DNA of 64,000 bases, from contig RDOB01000005.1 of the NCBI GenBank assembly GCA_011364965.1, positions 96,001 through 160,000 on the forward strand, in the 5' to 3' direction. The stretch is from Candidatus Heimdallarchaeota archaeon. Its GTDB lineage: Archaea; Asgardarchaeota; Heimdallarchaeia; Hodarchaeales; Hodarchaeaceae. Each line of letters opens with the position of its first letter. The first letter of the stretch is position 1. The notes under the pieces were generated by a model. It was not told where the DNA came from. It searched no databases and saw only the letters and a program-made list of their open reading frames with translations. Positions 10,607 to 20,338 of the stretch are shown here, in pieces. The translations under genes and the position numbers were made by a program.

Positions 10607-11458
10607 TTGAAAATGGCATTGGATGATACTGTTGATAGACGATACCTTCTTAGGAAGTTTCACCAATCAAAAGTGATCTTGGTCGCAGATTTACATCTTG
10701 GATTTGAAGCTGAATGGTCTCATAGAGGAATTGATTCTAAAGATCCATCAATTTCATATACAATCATTGATCGATTAATGTCTGATATTAATCGTACCAA
10801 AGCGAATCATTTAATCATTTTGGGAGATATTTTCCATAGTGTGTTTGATTTCAGATCGGTGACGAAGGGAAAATCATGGAAAACTCCCGATTGGATTCTG
10901 GACAAAGTTGGATCCTATTTTAGATCAGAAATTATTTCTAGATCAGAAGTAAAACTTACAACAATTCAAGGAAATCAAGATGGTTTCCTTCGTTCTTATA
11001 TTAATAATAACTCAATAATCCCTCCCGAGGGAGAATTTCTTGAGAACTACAATCTTGGAGTTCTCCATGGCAATGTTCCACCAGCAATGGATGTTCTAAA
11101 TGCTTCTGAAATCATGCTGGGCCATATACACCCGATGATTGAATTAATTGATGAGATGGGGTTAAAGCATAAACTACCAGTTTTTGCAAGGCTTTCAATT
11201 TCTCGGGAGCAATTATTTAAAATATTTGGAATATATATTGATGAGGATGAATTATTTGACGTAGGGTTAATTGATTTGGTGAAGATCATTATTTTACCTA
11301 GTTATAATGTTCATATTCCTGGATTGGTTCTAAATAACAGGAAAGGAATCATGAAAAAAACACAAGATTTTCCTATATTGAGAAAAATTATATCTCACCC
11401 TGAATTAGAAATCCAAATGACAAATGGAGTAGTGTTAGGTAATTTAGAAGATATATAA
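10607..11458 (+). CDS. Metallophosphoesterase (Lhr-associated type)
   Basis: ADLHLG, LGD, GNQD, HG and GHIHP motifs. Confidence 0.85.
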   Translation: MKMALDDTVDRRYLLRKFHQSKVILVADLHLGFEAEWSHRGIDSKDPSISYTIIDRLMSDINRTKANHLIILGDIFHSVFDFRSVTKGKSWKTPDWILDKVGSYFRSEIISRSEVKLTTIQGNQDGFLRSYINNNSIIPPEGEFLENYNLGVLHGNVPPAMDVLNASEIMLGHIHPMIELIDEMGLKHKLPVFARLSISREQLFKIFGIYIDEDELFDVGLIDLVKIIILPSYNVHIPGLVLNNRKGIMKKTQDFPILRKIISHPELEIQMTNGVVLGNLEDI

Positions 11459-11482
11459 GGGGAAATTAGAAATCCGAAAAAT

Positions 11483-14350
11483 TTATCCCCAATACTCTCT
11501 GGTTCTCGAGAAATTAGCCTCATGTTCATATATTGAGGCTAGTAGATCCTCTGTATTCTTGTGAGGTTCTCTTAAGATTCTTACAGCAGTTTTTGGTCCA
11601 ATTCCCCGTCCTGCAAGAATGAAAGCAGCACTTTTTCCAAATGATAAAATTAAATCCGCTGATTTTTTAGCAGTATTCAATTCTCTTCTCTCATCTTTAG
11701 TTAATCTATCCTTAGGATTCTTTGAGACAGATCTATTAAGTAATTTTTTTATGGTTGTATTGGTAGGATGGACAACAGCCACATATCGTGACTGACATTG
11801 AGGGCAACGGATAATATCAGGTAAGCTTGCGATTCTTTGAGTTTTTTCAAATTTACATCCAATTCTCATACATACTAAACGGATCCATGTATTTTCCAAT
11901 CGTTTTTCAATTTTGTTAAGAATAACATGAGACGGTCGAATTTTCAAGACATTAAGTGAAATGGGTTGAGTAGCAGCCGCAGCAAGAGGAGAATCAAAAC
12001 TTTCAACCCGAACTACCTCTATTTGGAGTTTACCTGAAGAAATATCACTAAAAAAATCAATTACTGTTTCAATATCCATATTCTCTGAGAATATTTCATT
12101 GAGAGTTTCCTCCCCAATGATCGTATTTTTATATCTAGATAAAATAATTCTCGTCATCATGGGGGAATTCTCTACCGAATCTGTAATTGCTCCAAATCGC
12201 TGAGCTACTTGTCGAATCCTCCATGCAAAAAGGTCGCTATTCAATATTCTTTCCCTTAAAAGAGGGCCGATATGTTTAGGATTAATAGAGAAAATAATTT
12301 CATGGAAATCGATGGGCCGTGGAAGTGAGATAAAAACTGAATAAGGATCAGCTCGGTATTGGACAGATAAACCTTGTTTCGCTCCAATGATCGAAGTGAG
12401 TAATAAACCTAAAGTATCATTACCCTTGGAACCTAGAAATGTATGAAATACAGCGCTTAAACCAGTTGATTCTATTAAAACACAATTCTTTCTTGGTAAT
12501 TTCCCTAAAAGCTTCTGATTATAAATAAAATCGTGAATTTCTTTATTGATTGATGGAGACTCGTGAATTTCAGGATTTTCAGATTCAAAGAGGTCTAAAG
12601 CTGATTGAGTAACTAATTTTGAAACTGGGATTAGTTCTCCTTCCCAAGTAGGAATTGCAGCTTCCCCAACACTTTTCACTTGCCGTACTTCAATTCTATC
12701 GTCCTTTATTGATAAAAATTCCCAAGGTAAACCATTTAAAATAAAAATAGTCCCCTTCTCACCACGAGTTGCAACAAAAGATTCGTCTAATTGCCCCACA
12801 CGCTCCTTTCTTCCCACATCAAAGACATGATAACTTTTCTTTGTAGGAATACTGCTAAGATTTGAATAATAATATTTGTATGCCTTTCTTTTAGCCCTAA
12901 GGTAAACCTCGTTTGTCTCCTGATCTTTATCTATGAAGAAAAAGTAATTATCTCTTCCATATTCAAGGAGTGGCAATAAATCTTTAGCAGTATATTCAAG
13001 GAATGGTTGAGCATTCGTTATTATCATAAGAATCTTACGAACTGAAGTTTTTCCATGATCCAATAATATTCCTATAATTGCATGAAATAAAATGTCCAGG
13101 GCAGCGTTGTGTATATGAGATGATTCAATTTTTCCTCTGTTCACTAAAGTTTTAATGAGATATGATTCTAGTAATTCTCTTGGTGTCTCTGTAATAATGA
13201 TACCTTTACTTTCCAGATCTAGACCGTGACCAGATCTCCCTATTCGTTGGATAATCGTTTCAATCTGTCTTGGACTCATATACTGAATTACCAAGCTTAT
13301 TGCACCTATATCAATACCTAACTCTAAACTTGATGTGGCAATGATTAAATCAAGGTTTCCCGCTCTTACTTCGTGTTCTGCGATCATTCGTGATTGCGAA
13401 CTGAGGCTAGAATGATGTACTTCAAAATTTATTCTCTCCGACTCGTCTATAACTTCATTATATCGATTGAATCGATAACCCAGTATTTCAGCTTGCTGTC
13501 GAGTATTTGTAAATAAAAGAACAGTTCCTTTTTCCTTTTTAACAATCTCCACCACTCTTAAAAACCTTGAAGCTGCTTCATCAGTAGTATGTAAGGTTTT
13601 AGAGAATTCTTGGCTATTCACGGGAAGGAGAGTGGGAAATTCAATTTTAATTTGTAATTTTTTTAGCGGAGGAATTTCAACAATTCTCTTCCGATAACTT
13701 GTAGGAGCAAGAAAATTCATAACTTCTTCTGGATTACCCAATGTCGCTGAAAGGCCTATGCGTTGAACATGATCTGATGCACGATAACATAATCTTTCTA
13801 ATGCTAAGGAAAGTTGAATACCTCGTTTTGTACTAACCAATTCATGAATTTCATCAATAACGACCGTTTTTACATTTTTTAGATATTCACGACCCAGAAT
13901 TTTCGCTGGAAGAATAGCTTGGAATAATTCTGGGGTAGTAATTAGTATCTGCGGAGGTTTCTTTGTCTGTCTTGCTCGTTCTGATTTGGGAGTATCTCCA
14001 TGCCGTACAGCAATGGAAATCCCTAATTTCTCTGCCAATTGTGGTAGGACTCTTCGAAATATGTCACGATTTAATGCTTTTAGAGGAGTAATTATAATTG
14101 TAGAAATAGGTGTGTGTGAATTAGTTAGAATGTTGTGAATGCAAGCAATCGCAGTTCCAAATGTTTTACCTGACCCTGTGGAAGCTATTACTAAAACATC
14201 TTCATATGATATAATCGATTTAAGGTATTCCAGTTGTCCAGGGGTTGGTGTGATATTTAACTCTTCCAATACCTTTTGTATTCGCTTATCAAGCATTTGG
14301 AACGACAAAGAATGTTTTCTTCCTTTTTTATTATTTAGAATCCAAATCAT
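11483..14350 (-). CDS. lhr: Lhr-family SF2 helicase with C-terminal Cys-rich motif
   Basis: TGSGKT, DEIH, SAT, ATSSLELGIDIG, QRIGRSGH, IPTWEGE; C-terminal C..C/CPQC and RGIGPKTA. Confidence 0.92.
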   Translation of the reverse strand: MIWILNNKKGRKHSLSFQMLDKRIQKVLEELNITPTPGQLEYLKSIISYEDVLVIASTGSGKTFGTAIACIHNILTNSHTPISTIIITPLKALNRDIFRRVLPQLAEKLGISIAVRHGDTPKSERARQTKKPPQILITTPELFQAILPAKILGREYLKNVKTVVIDEIHELVSTKRGIQLSLALERLCYRASDHVQRIGLSATLGNPEEVMNFLAPTSYRKRIVEIPPLKKLQIKIEFPTLLPVNSQEFSKTLHTTDEAASRFLRVVEIVKKEKGTVLLFTNTRQQAEILGYRFNRYNEVIDESERINFEVHHSSLSSQSRMIAEHEVRAGNLDLIIATSSLELGIDIGAISLVIQYMSPRQIETIIQRIGRSGHGLDLESKGIIITETPRELLESYLIKTLVNRGKIESSHIHNAALDILFHAIIGILLDHGKTSVRKILMIITNAQPFLEYTAKDLLPLLEYGRDNYFFFIDKDQETNEVYLRAKRKAYKYYYSNLSSIPTKKSYHVFDVGRKERVGQLDESFVATRGEKGTIFILNGLPWEFLSIKDDRIEVRQVKSVGEAAIPTWEGELIPVSKLVTQSALDLFESENPEIHESPSINKEIHDFIYNQKLLGKLPRKNCVLIESTGLSAVFHTFLGSKGNDTLGLLLTSIIGAKQGLSVQYRADPYSVFISLPRPIDFHEIIFSINPKHIGPLLRERILNSDLFAWRIRQVAQRFGAITDSVENSPMMTRIILSRYKNTIIGEETLNEIFSENMDIETVIDFFSDISSGKLQIEVVRVESFDSPLAAAATQPISLNVLKIRPSHVILNKIEKRLENTWIRLVCMRIGCKFEKTQRIASLPDIIRCPQCQSRYVAVVHPTNTTIKKLLNRSVSKNPKDRLTKDERRELNTAKKSADLILSFGKSAAFILAGRGIGPKTAVRILREPHKNTEDLLASIYEHEANFSRTREYWG

Positions 14351-14653
14351 CTGATGTTTATGGAAATTAAATCACAATAAGGGAAATAATTTAGGTTTTT
14401 TTTCTTTCTTATTCATACAGGTTTCTATTTCAATTGATTTAAGCTAGATTTAAAATTTCAAGTATATTGACAACTTTATCTACATTCTTCCATCTACATT
14501 CTTCTTTATAGCATAGATACAATAAAATTACATTAATAAATTAATAATTTTTTAAACTGATATTGTAAAATCTAAGCATAGATGAATATTTTTTTTGATC
14601 AAAGCTCGCTAATTTAGCCATATAAATTTTTATATTGATATTGGTGAATTATT

Positions 14654-15583
14654 TTGGAAGATCTGGACATTAAAGTTCGAGTTCACAGCATTTATGAGAA
14701 TTTAAAGACATTTATTGAGACACAAGTTCGTGAACGCGAAGTTGAAGGAGCTCTTGTTTTATTCTCGGGTTATATGGATTCAACAGTTGTTTCAAAACTT
14801 GCTATTGATGCTCTTGGACAGGATGCGGTTCAAGTCATTCTCCGAACAGATAAGTATGTAGAGAATCAAGAGGAAGTATTTAAAGAATCTATTGCCTTTT
14901 TAGATATATCTGAAGAAAAAATTATTAGCTGTGATATAGAAAAATTAATGAGAAATTACGGAGCAGAAAATCTGTCCATTCCTGGATCTATAAGAGAAAT
15001 TCCTTCACTTTATCAACCCCTTAGTTATTCATTGTTAAAATTTGCTGCACGAAAAGAAATTGAAGGAAAAACATATGGAATGGTTGGAAAAGCAAGCTCC
15101 GATAGAGAGCGATTGATCCATAAAATCATTGCCTATTCTAAATTGCGTTCTCGTTTGCATATGTCAATTGCTTATTTGAATGCTGAGACAAAGAACTTAT
15201 TTTTGTTTGGAACAATAAATAAAACTGAATTATTAACAGGTCTTTTTACTAAATGGGGACATGGACATGCTGCGGATTTAATGCCATTAGGAAATCTGTA
15301 CCGTTCTCAGGTATTTCAACTCGCCGAATATTTAGAAATTCCTGAGACTATTAGGGGATTAGCAAAAGCAGATCTTCTACCAGGGATTGCAAATAAATAT
15401 CAATATTTCTTTAATATGGATGCAATTGATGTTGATCGAATATTGGTTCGTTTAGAAAATGGTTTGGATAGTAAGGATATTCAAAAAGAAACAGATTTTT
15501 CAGAGGAATCAATTGATAAAATCCTTTCTTATTTTAACTCATCGGCATACACTAGAGCTGCTCCATTAATACCTAAAATATAG
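14654..15583 (+). CDS. NadE-fold (NH3-dependent NAD synthetase-like) protein, diverged paralogue 1
   Basis: SGYMDS in the PP-loop position; GTINKTE..G.FTKWG; D.MPLGNLYRSQVFQLA. Confidence 0.8.
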   Translation: MEDLDIKVRVHSIYENLKTFIETQVREREVEGALVLFSGYMDSTVVSKLAIDALGQDAVQVILRTDKYVENQEEVFKESIAFLDISEEKIISCDIEKLMRNYGAENLSIPGSIREIPSLYQPLSYSLLKFAARKEIEGKTYGMVGKASSDRERLIHKIIAYSKLRSRLHMSIAYLNAETKNLFLFGTINKTELLTGLFTKWGHGHAADLMPLGNLYRSQVFQLAEYLEIPETIRGLAKADLLPGIANKYQYFFNMDAIDVDRILVRLENGLDSKDIQKETDFSEESIDKILSYFNSSAYTRAAPLIPKI

Positions 15584-15591
15584 TATCTTAG

Positions 15592-17127
15592 CTAAATTAT
15601 TTCTAAAATAAAGGCCAAGAAAGATAGATACACGCCACTGAAAACAAGTAATATTAGTGATATGGGTACCAATCTTATCATGAAATATTTAAAGTCTAAG
15701 GGTCGTCCTTCTTTAGTTAAAATAGAAATAGCTAATATTGATGCTGCTGAACCAAATGGAGTTAAACCACCACCAAAAGCTCCTGCAAAGAGCAATATAA
15801 ACCAAAGAAAATTGGGATTATTTAGAGCAGATGGTAGTTCATTGATATCTGCTACTATTGGTATCAAAGCTGCTGTAACAGGAATATTATCAAGAACTCC
15901 ACTTACAAATGAAGCAATGATTAAAACCAAAATACCTGCAGAAAACAAATCACCTCTACTAATCTCTTTAAGTAAAGCTGCTAAATCTTCTAGAACGTGT
16001 GTTGCTTCTAATGTGCCAACTAGAATAAATAATCCCGAAAAGAAAAGAAGAGTATCCCATGAAAGATTTTGGAGTAACCTATATTCATCTGATTTTGTGA
16101 GGACTATGGCTAATATCCCCCCTAGTATAGCTATCACTCCTATAGGCACATTCAGGGTATCACTGAAAATAAAACCTAAAATGGTGAGCATTAGAGAAAG
16201 TGCAGCAAGATAAAATCTATTTCGATCTTCTACAACTCCCCATTCATCAAGAGATAAAATCATATCAGTATCAATGCCAGAAGTTGTAATATTACTCAAG
16301 GGAATTCTTTCTGGAGGGAATACTTTCCGCATATAATATATCGAAAATGGTATTACGAACAAAAGAAATGGGAGGGATATAACCAGAAAATCTACGAAAC
16401 CAATTCCTCCTGCTTGGCCAACCATTATTGATGGAAGAGAACTTACAAGAGTTGCCATTCCTGCAAGACTTGTAGCAAGGACAGCGCCCAATAAAAAAGG
16501 TGTGGGATCATAATCTAAGCCATTGCAGACCGTTAAGATCATGGAGCTGATTAGGATCATTGCTGTGACATTTGCTAAAACAGTGGAAAGAGCAAAAGTT
16601 AGAAGAAAAGTTAGGACAAATAACGGAAAAACCCGTCCCTGAGATATTTTTAACATGCGGATGATGATCCAATCAAACAAACCAGTCTCTGAAGTGGCTT
16701 CAACTAATATTGACATACCAAAAACAACTGCTAAAACCCCCCATTCCATATATCCATGGAACGGATCACCTGTGGGTAATATCACTAAATGCCATGCAAA
16801 ATTATCTAATAATAACACGGCAGAGAGGAGGGTTATAGCACATGCAACAAAAATAATAGTTATTTGTTTATGATGATATTTAGCAACCAAAATAAATGTT
16901 GAAATGAAAATCAATCCAAAATACATCATTTTTCCATATCGAATCGGAATTAATAGAAAAGGTATTATTATTCCAAATATAAAAATTCCTAAAACAAGTA
17001 TAATTAGTCTTACAATTCTATGAGAAAGAACTTTCCTAAAAATTGAATCTTGAGTAAATATGAACGTCCAAATATCCTTCAATTCTTTGGTTAATGGCTT
17101 TTCTTCGATACTCATATTTGAACACAT
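15592..17127 (-). CDS. ArsB/NhaD/P-protein (IT superfamily) transporter
   Basis: About 13 TM helices; TGLFDW, DTLLFFSGLFILVG and SGVLDNIP motifs. Confidence 0.85.
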   Translation of the reverse strand: MCSNMSIEEKPLTKELKDIWTFIFTQDSIFRKVLSHRIVRLIILVLGIFIFGIIIPFLLIPIRYGKMMYFGLIFISTFILVAKYHHKQITIIFVACAITLLSAVLLLDNFAWHLVILPTGDPFHGYMEWGVLAVVFGMSILVEATSETGLFDWIIIRMLKISQGRVFPLFVLTFLLTFALSTVLANVTAMILISSMILTVCNGLDYDPTPFLLGAVLATSLAGMATLVSSLPSIMVGQAGGIGFVDFLVISLPFLLFVIPFSIYYMRKVFPPERIPLSNITTSGIDTDMILSLDEWGVVEDRNRFYLAALSLMLTILGFIFSDTLNVPIGVIAILGGILAIVLTKSDEYRLLQNLSWDTLLFFSGLFILVGTLEATHVLEDLAALLKEISRGDLFSAGILVLIIASFVSGVLDNIPVTAALIPIVADINELPSALNNPNFLWFILLFAGAFGGGLTPFGSAASILAISILTKEGRPLDFKYFMIRLVPISLILLVFSGVYLSFLAFILEII

Positions 17128-17354
17128 CGGTTCATGCTATGTTGCGAGCTTTGAACTATTCTAAAGTTATGATTTGCAAAGTGAGCGGCGTATGCGAAAA
17201 TACTCATACCTTAAATGCGATTTTTTTCTTGAATTAGTATAAAGTTTCCGTAGATTCAATTCTTCAATAATCTTTTGGCCTAGTAATGTAAATTTTGAAC
17301 AGCGAGTCAATTATAAAAACCAAGGTATTTCTATGTTATTTTGGAGAATCCTGT

Positions 17355-18302
17355 ATGAGTTTAAATGATCAATTAAAGATTGAGCCGACAAAAGTAATAT
17401 CTGCTATAACTAATTTTATCACTCCAATACTTGACAGACGGGGAATTGAGGGAGTTGTAATATTATACAAGAAAGACTTAGAATGCGCAGTTAATGTTGA
17501 AATTGCTAAAATGATTGTTGGAGAAAAAAATATTAGACTAGTTGTAACAAAAGGACGATTTACAGATAAGCAGCCCCGTGAAACAATGACTCTTGAAGAA
17601 GTCCGAAATTCAATAAATTTACCAAAAAGCAGTATTATTTTCATAAATAAAGAAAGAATATTAAATGAGATTCAGAGTAGCTATTCTGAGAAACCTAAAC
17701 TTTCAAGAGGTCTAATGGCCTCTGATTATTTACCTATTATTAATTATAATTTAAGCTATTATCTATTACGTAGTATGATTTCATCAGAAATTCGAGAGAA
17801 AACATTTAAAGCTCCAACAAAGAGACCTACTACCAATCGAGAGAAATTTTTCCAACGAAGTATCGCAAATTATAAAACACAAGTTCGGCTGCGCATGTTA
17901 CTTGCCTTTCTCGTTGCAGAGTCAGAGAATAAATCTTATTTTAGTAATATAAACAAATCAGAATGGTTGTTGGGATTATTTACAAAATTTGGGAGTTATC
18001 ATGCAGCAGATTTTTTACCTCTAGGAAATGTATACCGAACCCAAGTTTTTCAATTAGCAAAGCATTTGGGAGTAGAAAAAATTATTGAAAATGATCGACC
18101 GATTAAACCTTCGAGTTATGAATTCTTTTTTGGTCATTCTGCTGATGAAGTGGACAAAGTGCTTATCAGATTAGAGCAGGGATTAGCTATAGAGATTATT
18201 TCCAAAGAAACTGAGGTTCCAGTTGAGACAGTACAAAAAATTTTGACTCATTATGAAAGTTCTGATTATGCCCGTTATGTTCCTCAAATCCCACGAATTT
18301 AA
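17355..18302 (+). CDS. NadE-fold protein, diverged paralogue 2 (PP-loop absent)
   Basis: NINKSE..GLFTKFG..AADFLPLGNVYRTQVFQLA. ATG 17355 with an upstream GGAG preferred over TTG 17295. Confidence 0.75.
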   Translation: MSLNDQLKIEPTKVISAITNFITPILDRRGIEGVVILYKKDLECAVNVEIAKMIVGEKNIRLVVTKGRFTDKQPRETMTLEEVRNSINLPKSSIIFINKERILNEIQSSYSEKPKLSRGLMASDYLPIINYNLSYYLLRSMISSEIREKTFKAPTKRPTTNREKFFQRSIANYKTQVRLRMLLAFLVAESENKSYFSNINKSEWLLGLFTKFGSYHAADFLPLGNVYRTQVFQLAKHLGVEKIIENDRPIKPSSYEFFFGHSADEVDKVLIRLEQGLAIEIISKETEVPVETVQKILTHYESSDYARYVPQIPRI

Positions 18303-18307
18303 TGAAT

Positions 18308-19111
18308 TCACAAAGTTTTCATCTTTCTTTTGAGAAATAATACCCCAAAACCAAAGATAGCTGCCACTGCAATTGAGGCTACAAAAATTTCAGCGATAAT
18401 CCATCTTCTCGGGTCAGGATTGGGAGGATTTGCATTTAGACCCAATGGATAATAAATTGGCAAGCCAGAGACATCAACATATGGATGATCATCATAACCT
18501 AAATAGGGATAGGTTCCAATATAATCATATGTTGTAATATTAATATACGCAATCCATTTAATCCATTTATAGCCATAAAACCTTGGACAGACCAACCGGA
18601 GGGGGAACCCGTGTATTTTAGGTAAAGGTTCTTCATTCATTTCATATGCTAATATCACATCGTCCCAATACGCTTCTTCGATACTCAAACTGCTTGAATA
18701 AGCTCCAACTGTCAGATCTGGAGTATGAAATGAAATGTCAATAGCTTTATCCTCCTGAATTTCTGCTAGATCAAGGATGTAAGAAAGCTTCACACCAGTC
18801 CAATTTGCTACTCCAGTCATCTCTCTCGCTCCCACTGTAAAAGCAATGCAAGTAAGTCGTACGATCTCTGAAGTGACTGGCATTTGTTTGATATCTTCTA
18901 GACTCAAATTCAAATAATTTCTAACTGCACCTGAGACCATTAATCGATATGATGTGGGTTCTATATCAAAATAATCAATAGCTGCAGTAAAAAAATCATC
19001 ATTTGAAGTAATGGGGATTTCTTCTTCATAGGAGATTACATTTATAGCAGCTGTTTGAGTAATCAATAAAGTTGAAATTATTAATAGAGAGTAAAACCAT
19101 TTTAAACTCAT
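18308..19111 (-). CDS. Sulfite-oxidase-family molybdopterin oxidoreductase, exported and C-terminally anchored
   Basis: LTCI (Mo ligand Cys), WTGVKL, LAYEMN..PLP..HGFPLRL..P..YGYKW.KW; N-terminal signal and C-terminal TM. Confidence 0.88.
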   Translation of the reverse strand: MSLKWFYSLLIISTLLITQTAAINVISYEEEIPITSNDDFFTAAIDYFDIEPTSYRLMVSGAVRNYLNLSLEDIKQMPVTSEIVRLTCIAFTVGAREMTGVANWTGVKLSYILDLAEIQEDKAIDISFHTPDLTVGAYSSSLSIEEAYWDDVILAYEMNEEPLPKIHGFPLRLVCPRFYGYKWIKWIAYINITTYDYIGTYPYLGYDDHPYVDVSGLPIYYPLGLNANPPNPDPRRWIIAEIFVASIAVAAIFGFGVLFLKRKMKTL

Positions 19112-19129
19112 TTGTTTCCCTTTTTCTCT

Positions 19130-20191
19130 TTAATTAATCTCTGATAGACTTGTAACTAAATATTCTAGAATTGGATTTTTTCCATTAATTTCACTAAAGG
19201 TCTCATAAATTATAAATGAAATATCCTTATGTTGAGTCATACGACCTTTAGGTAATCGGGGAATTTTTGATACAATCATAATTATTTTACAATCTGAGGG
19301 CATTTCCAGATTGTGAAGTACTCGAAGATCCTTGGAAGAAACATTTTCCTCTACAACTAGGATATTATAAATATTTTTAGAATTCATTGAATTAATTGCC
19401 CTTACCAAAGATTCGAAATCCAAACTTCGCAACGGATGAATCTCCCGTCCAATAAACGCTGTTTCTAATACATCATATAAATCATCATTCTTGCATACAA
19501 TTATCAAATCTCTTGTGTCTTCTTTTGAAACATTTAGTTGTAAATTCCTGTACAATCTTCTTAAAGCATCCAATATCTGTGCAGCAAAAATTTTATCTGA
19601 AATTATAGTTGGTACAACATCTTCAAGACCAGAGATCATCTCGAGGGCTTGATTTATTACATTTGGTGCTGTGTCGGCAAATAGCTGGATTCCTCGCCAA
19701 TGGATGTATTCTATAGGTAATTTATCTGCAATTACTTCATTAAATAAGTTCTGAAATTGCTCCCTCTTAATGTCTTCAAGAAGATCGTTATCTTGAATGA
19801 AATTCTTGATTTCATTCGTAAAAGGATTGACATCAATATCCCAGTCATATAATAGATCTTCGGTTGCATCTACATACATATCTAAGAATTTTGTTCCTAT
19901 AAATTGTAAGAGAGTTTTTACCGTAAATGAGTGATATTTTTCATCTGTTGCACTTATGATTGCAGCTACAATTATGTTTCCTAATGTTTCAAAATGAAGT
20001 TCATCTTTTCCCATTTTAAGATATTCTATTGCTTTATGTTTTGTACTAAGGGAAATTGCAAAATTCGATAAGCCTGCAACTAATCCAGAAAAAAGATTTT
20101 CATCTATAATTTCATAATCTGAGACTGGAGCGTTATAATTATAATAACAAAGCCCCACGTTTGAAATTATCCATAAATTTTTAATAATCAT
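19130..20191 (-). CDS. Longin-like domain protein with C-terminal receiver-like domain
   Basis: LWII...GLCYY...DENLFSGLVAGLSNFA longin-type pattern; C-terminal alternating beta/alpha pattern. Confidence 0.6.
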   Translation of the reverse strand: MIIKNLWIISNVGLCYYNYNAPVSDYEIIDENLFSGLVAGLSNFAISLSTKHKAIEYLKMGKDELHFETLGNIIVAAIISATDEKYHSFTVKTLLQFIGTKFLDMYVDATEDLLYDWDIDVNPFTNEIKNFIQDNDLLEDIKREQFQNLFNEVIADKLPIEYIHWRGIQLFADTAPNVINQALEMISGLEDVVPTIISDKIFAAQILDALRRLYRNLQLNVSKEDTRDLIIVCKNDDLYDVLETAFIGREIHPLRSLDFESLVRAINSMNSKNIYNILVVEENVSSKDLRVLHNLEMPSDCKIIMIVSKIPRLPKGRMTQHKDISFIIYETFSEINGKNPILEYLVTSLSEIN

Positions 20192-20338
20192 CTTTTTTCA
20201 TACCAAAAAAAAGAGTTTCACTCTAATGCAGTTATTTAGTAAATTATCCGCATTCTTCCTATATTAAACTTGGGTTTTAAACTGAGTTAAATAGGTGATT
20301 TCTGAGTCACTTATAGGATGAAGAACACCCATACTAAA

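Noticed and set aside
17185-17212. Small hairpin (GTATG/CATAC) upstream of the transporter as a possible riboswitch
   Set aside because: The stem is only 5-6 bp and matches no riboswitch consensus I recognise.
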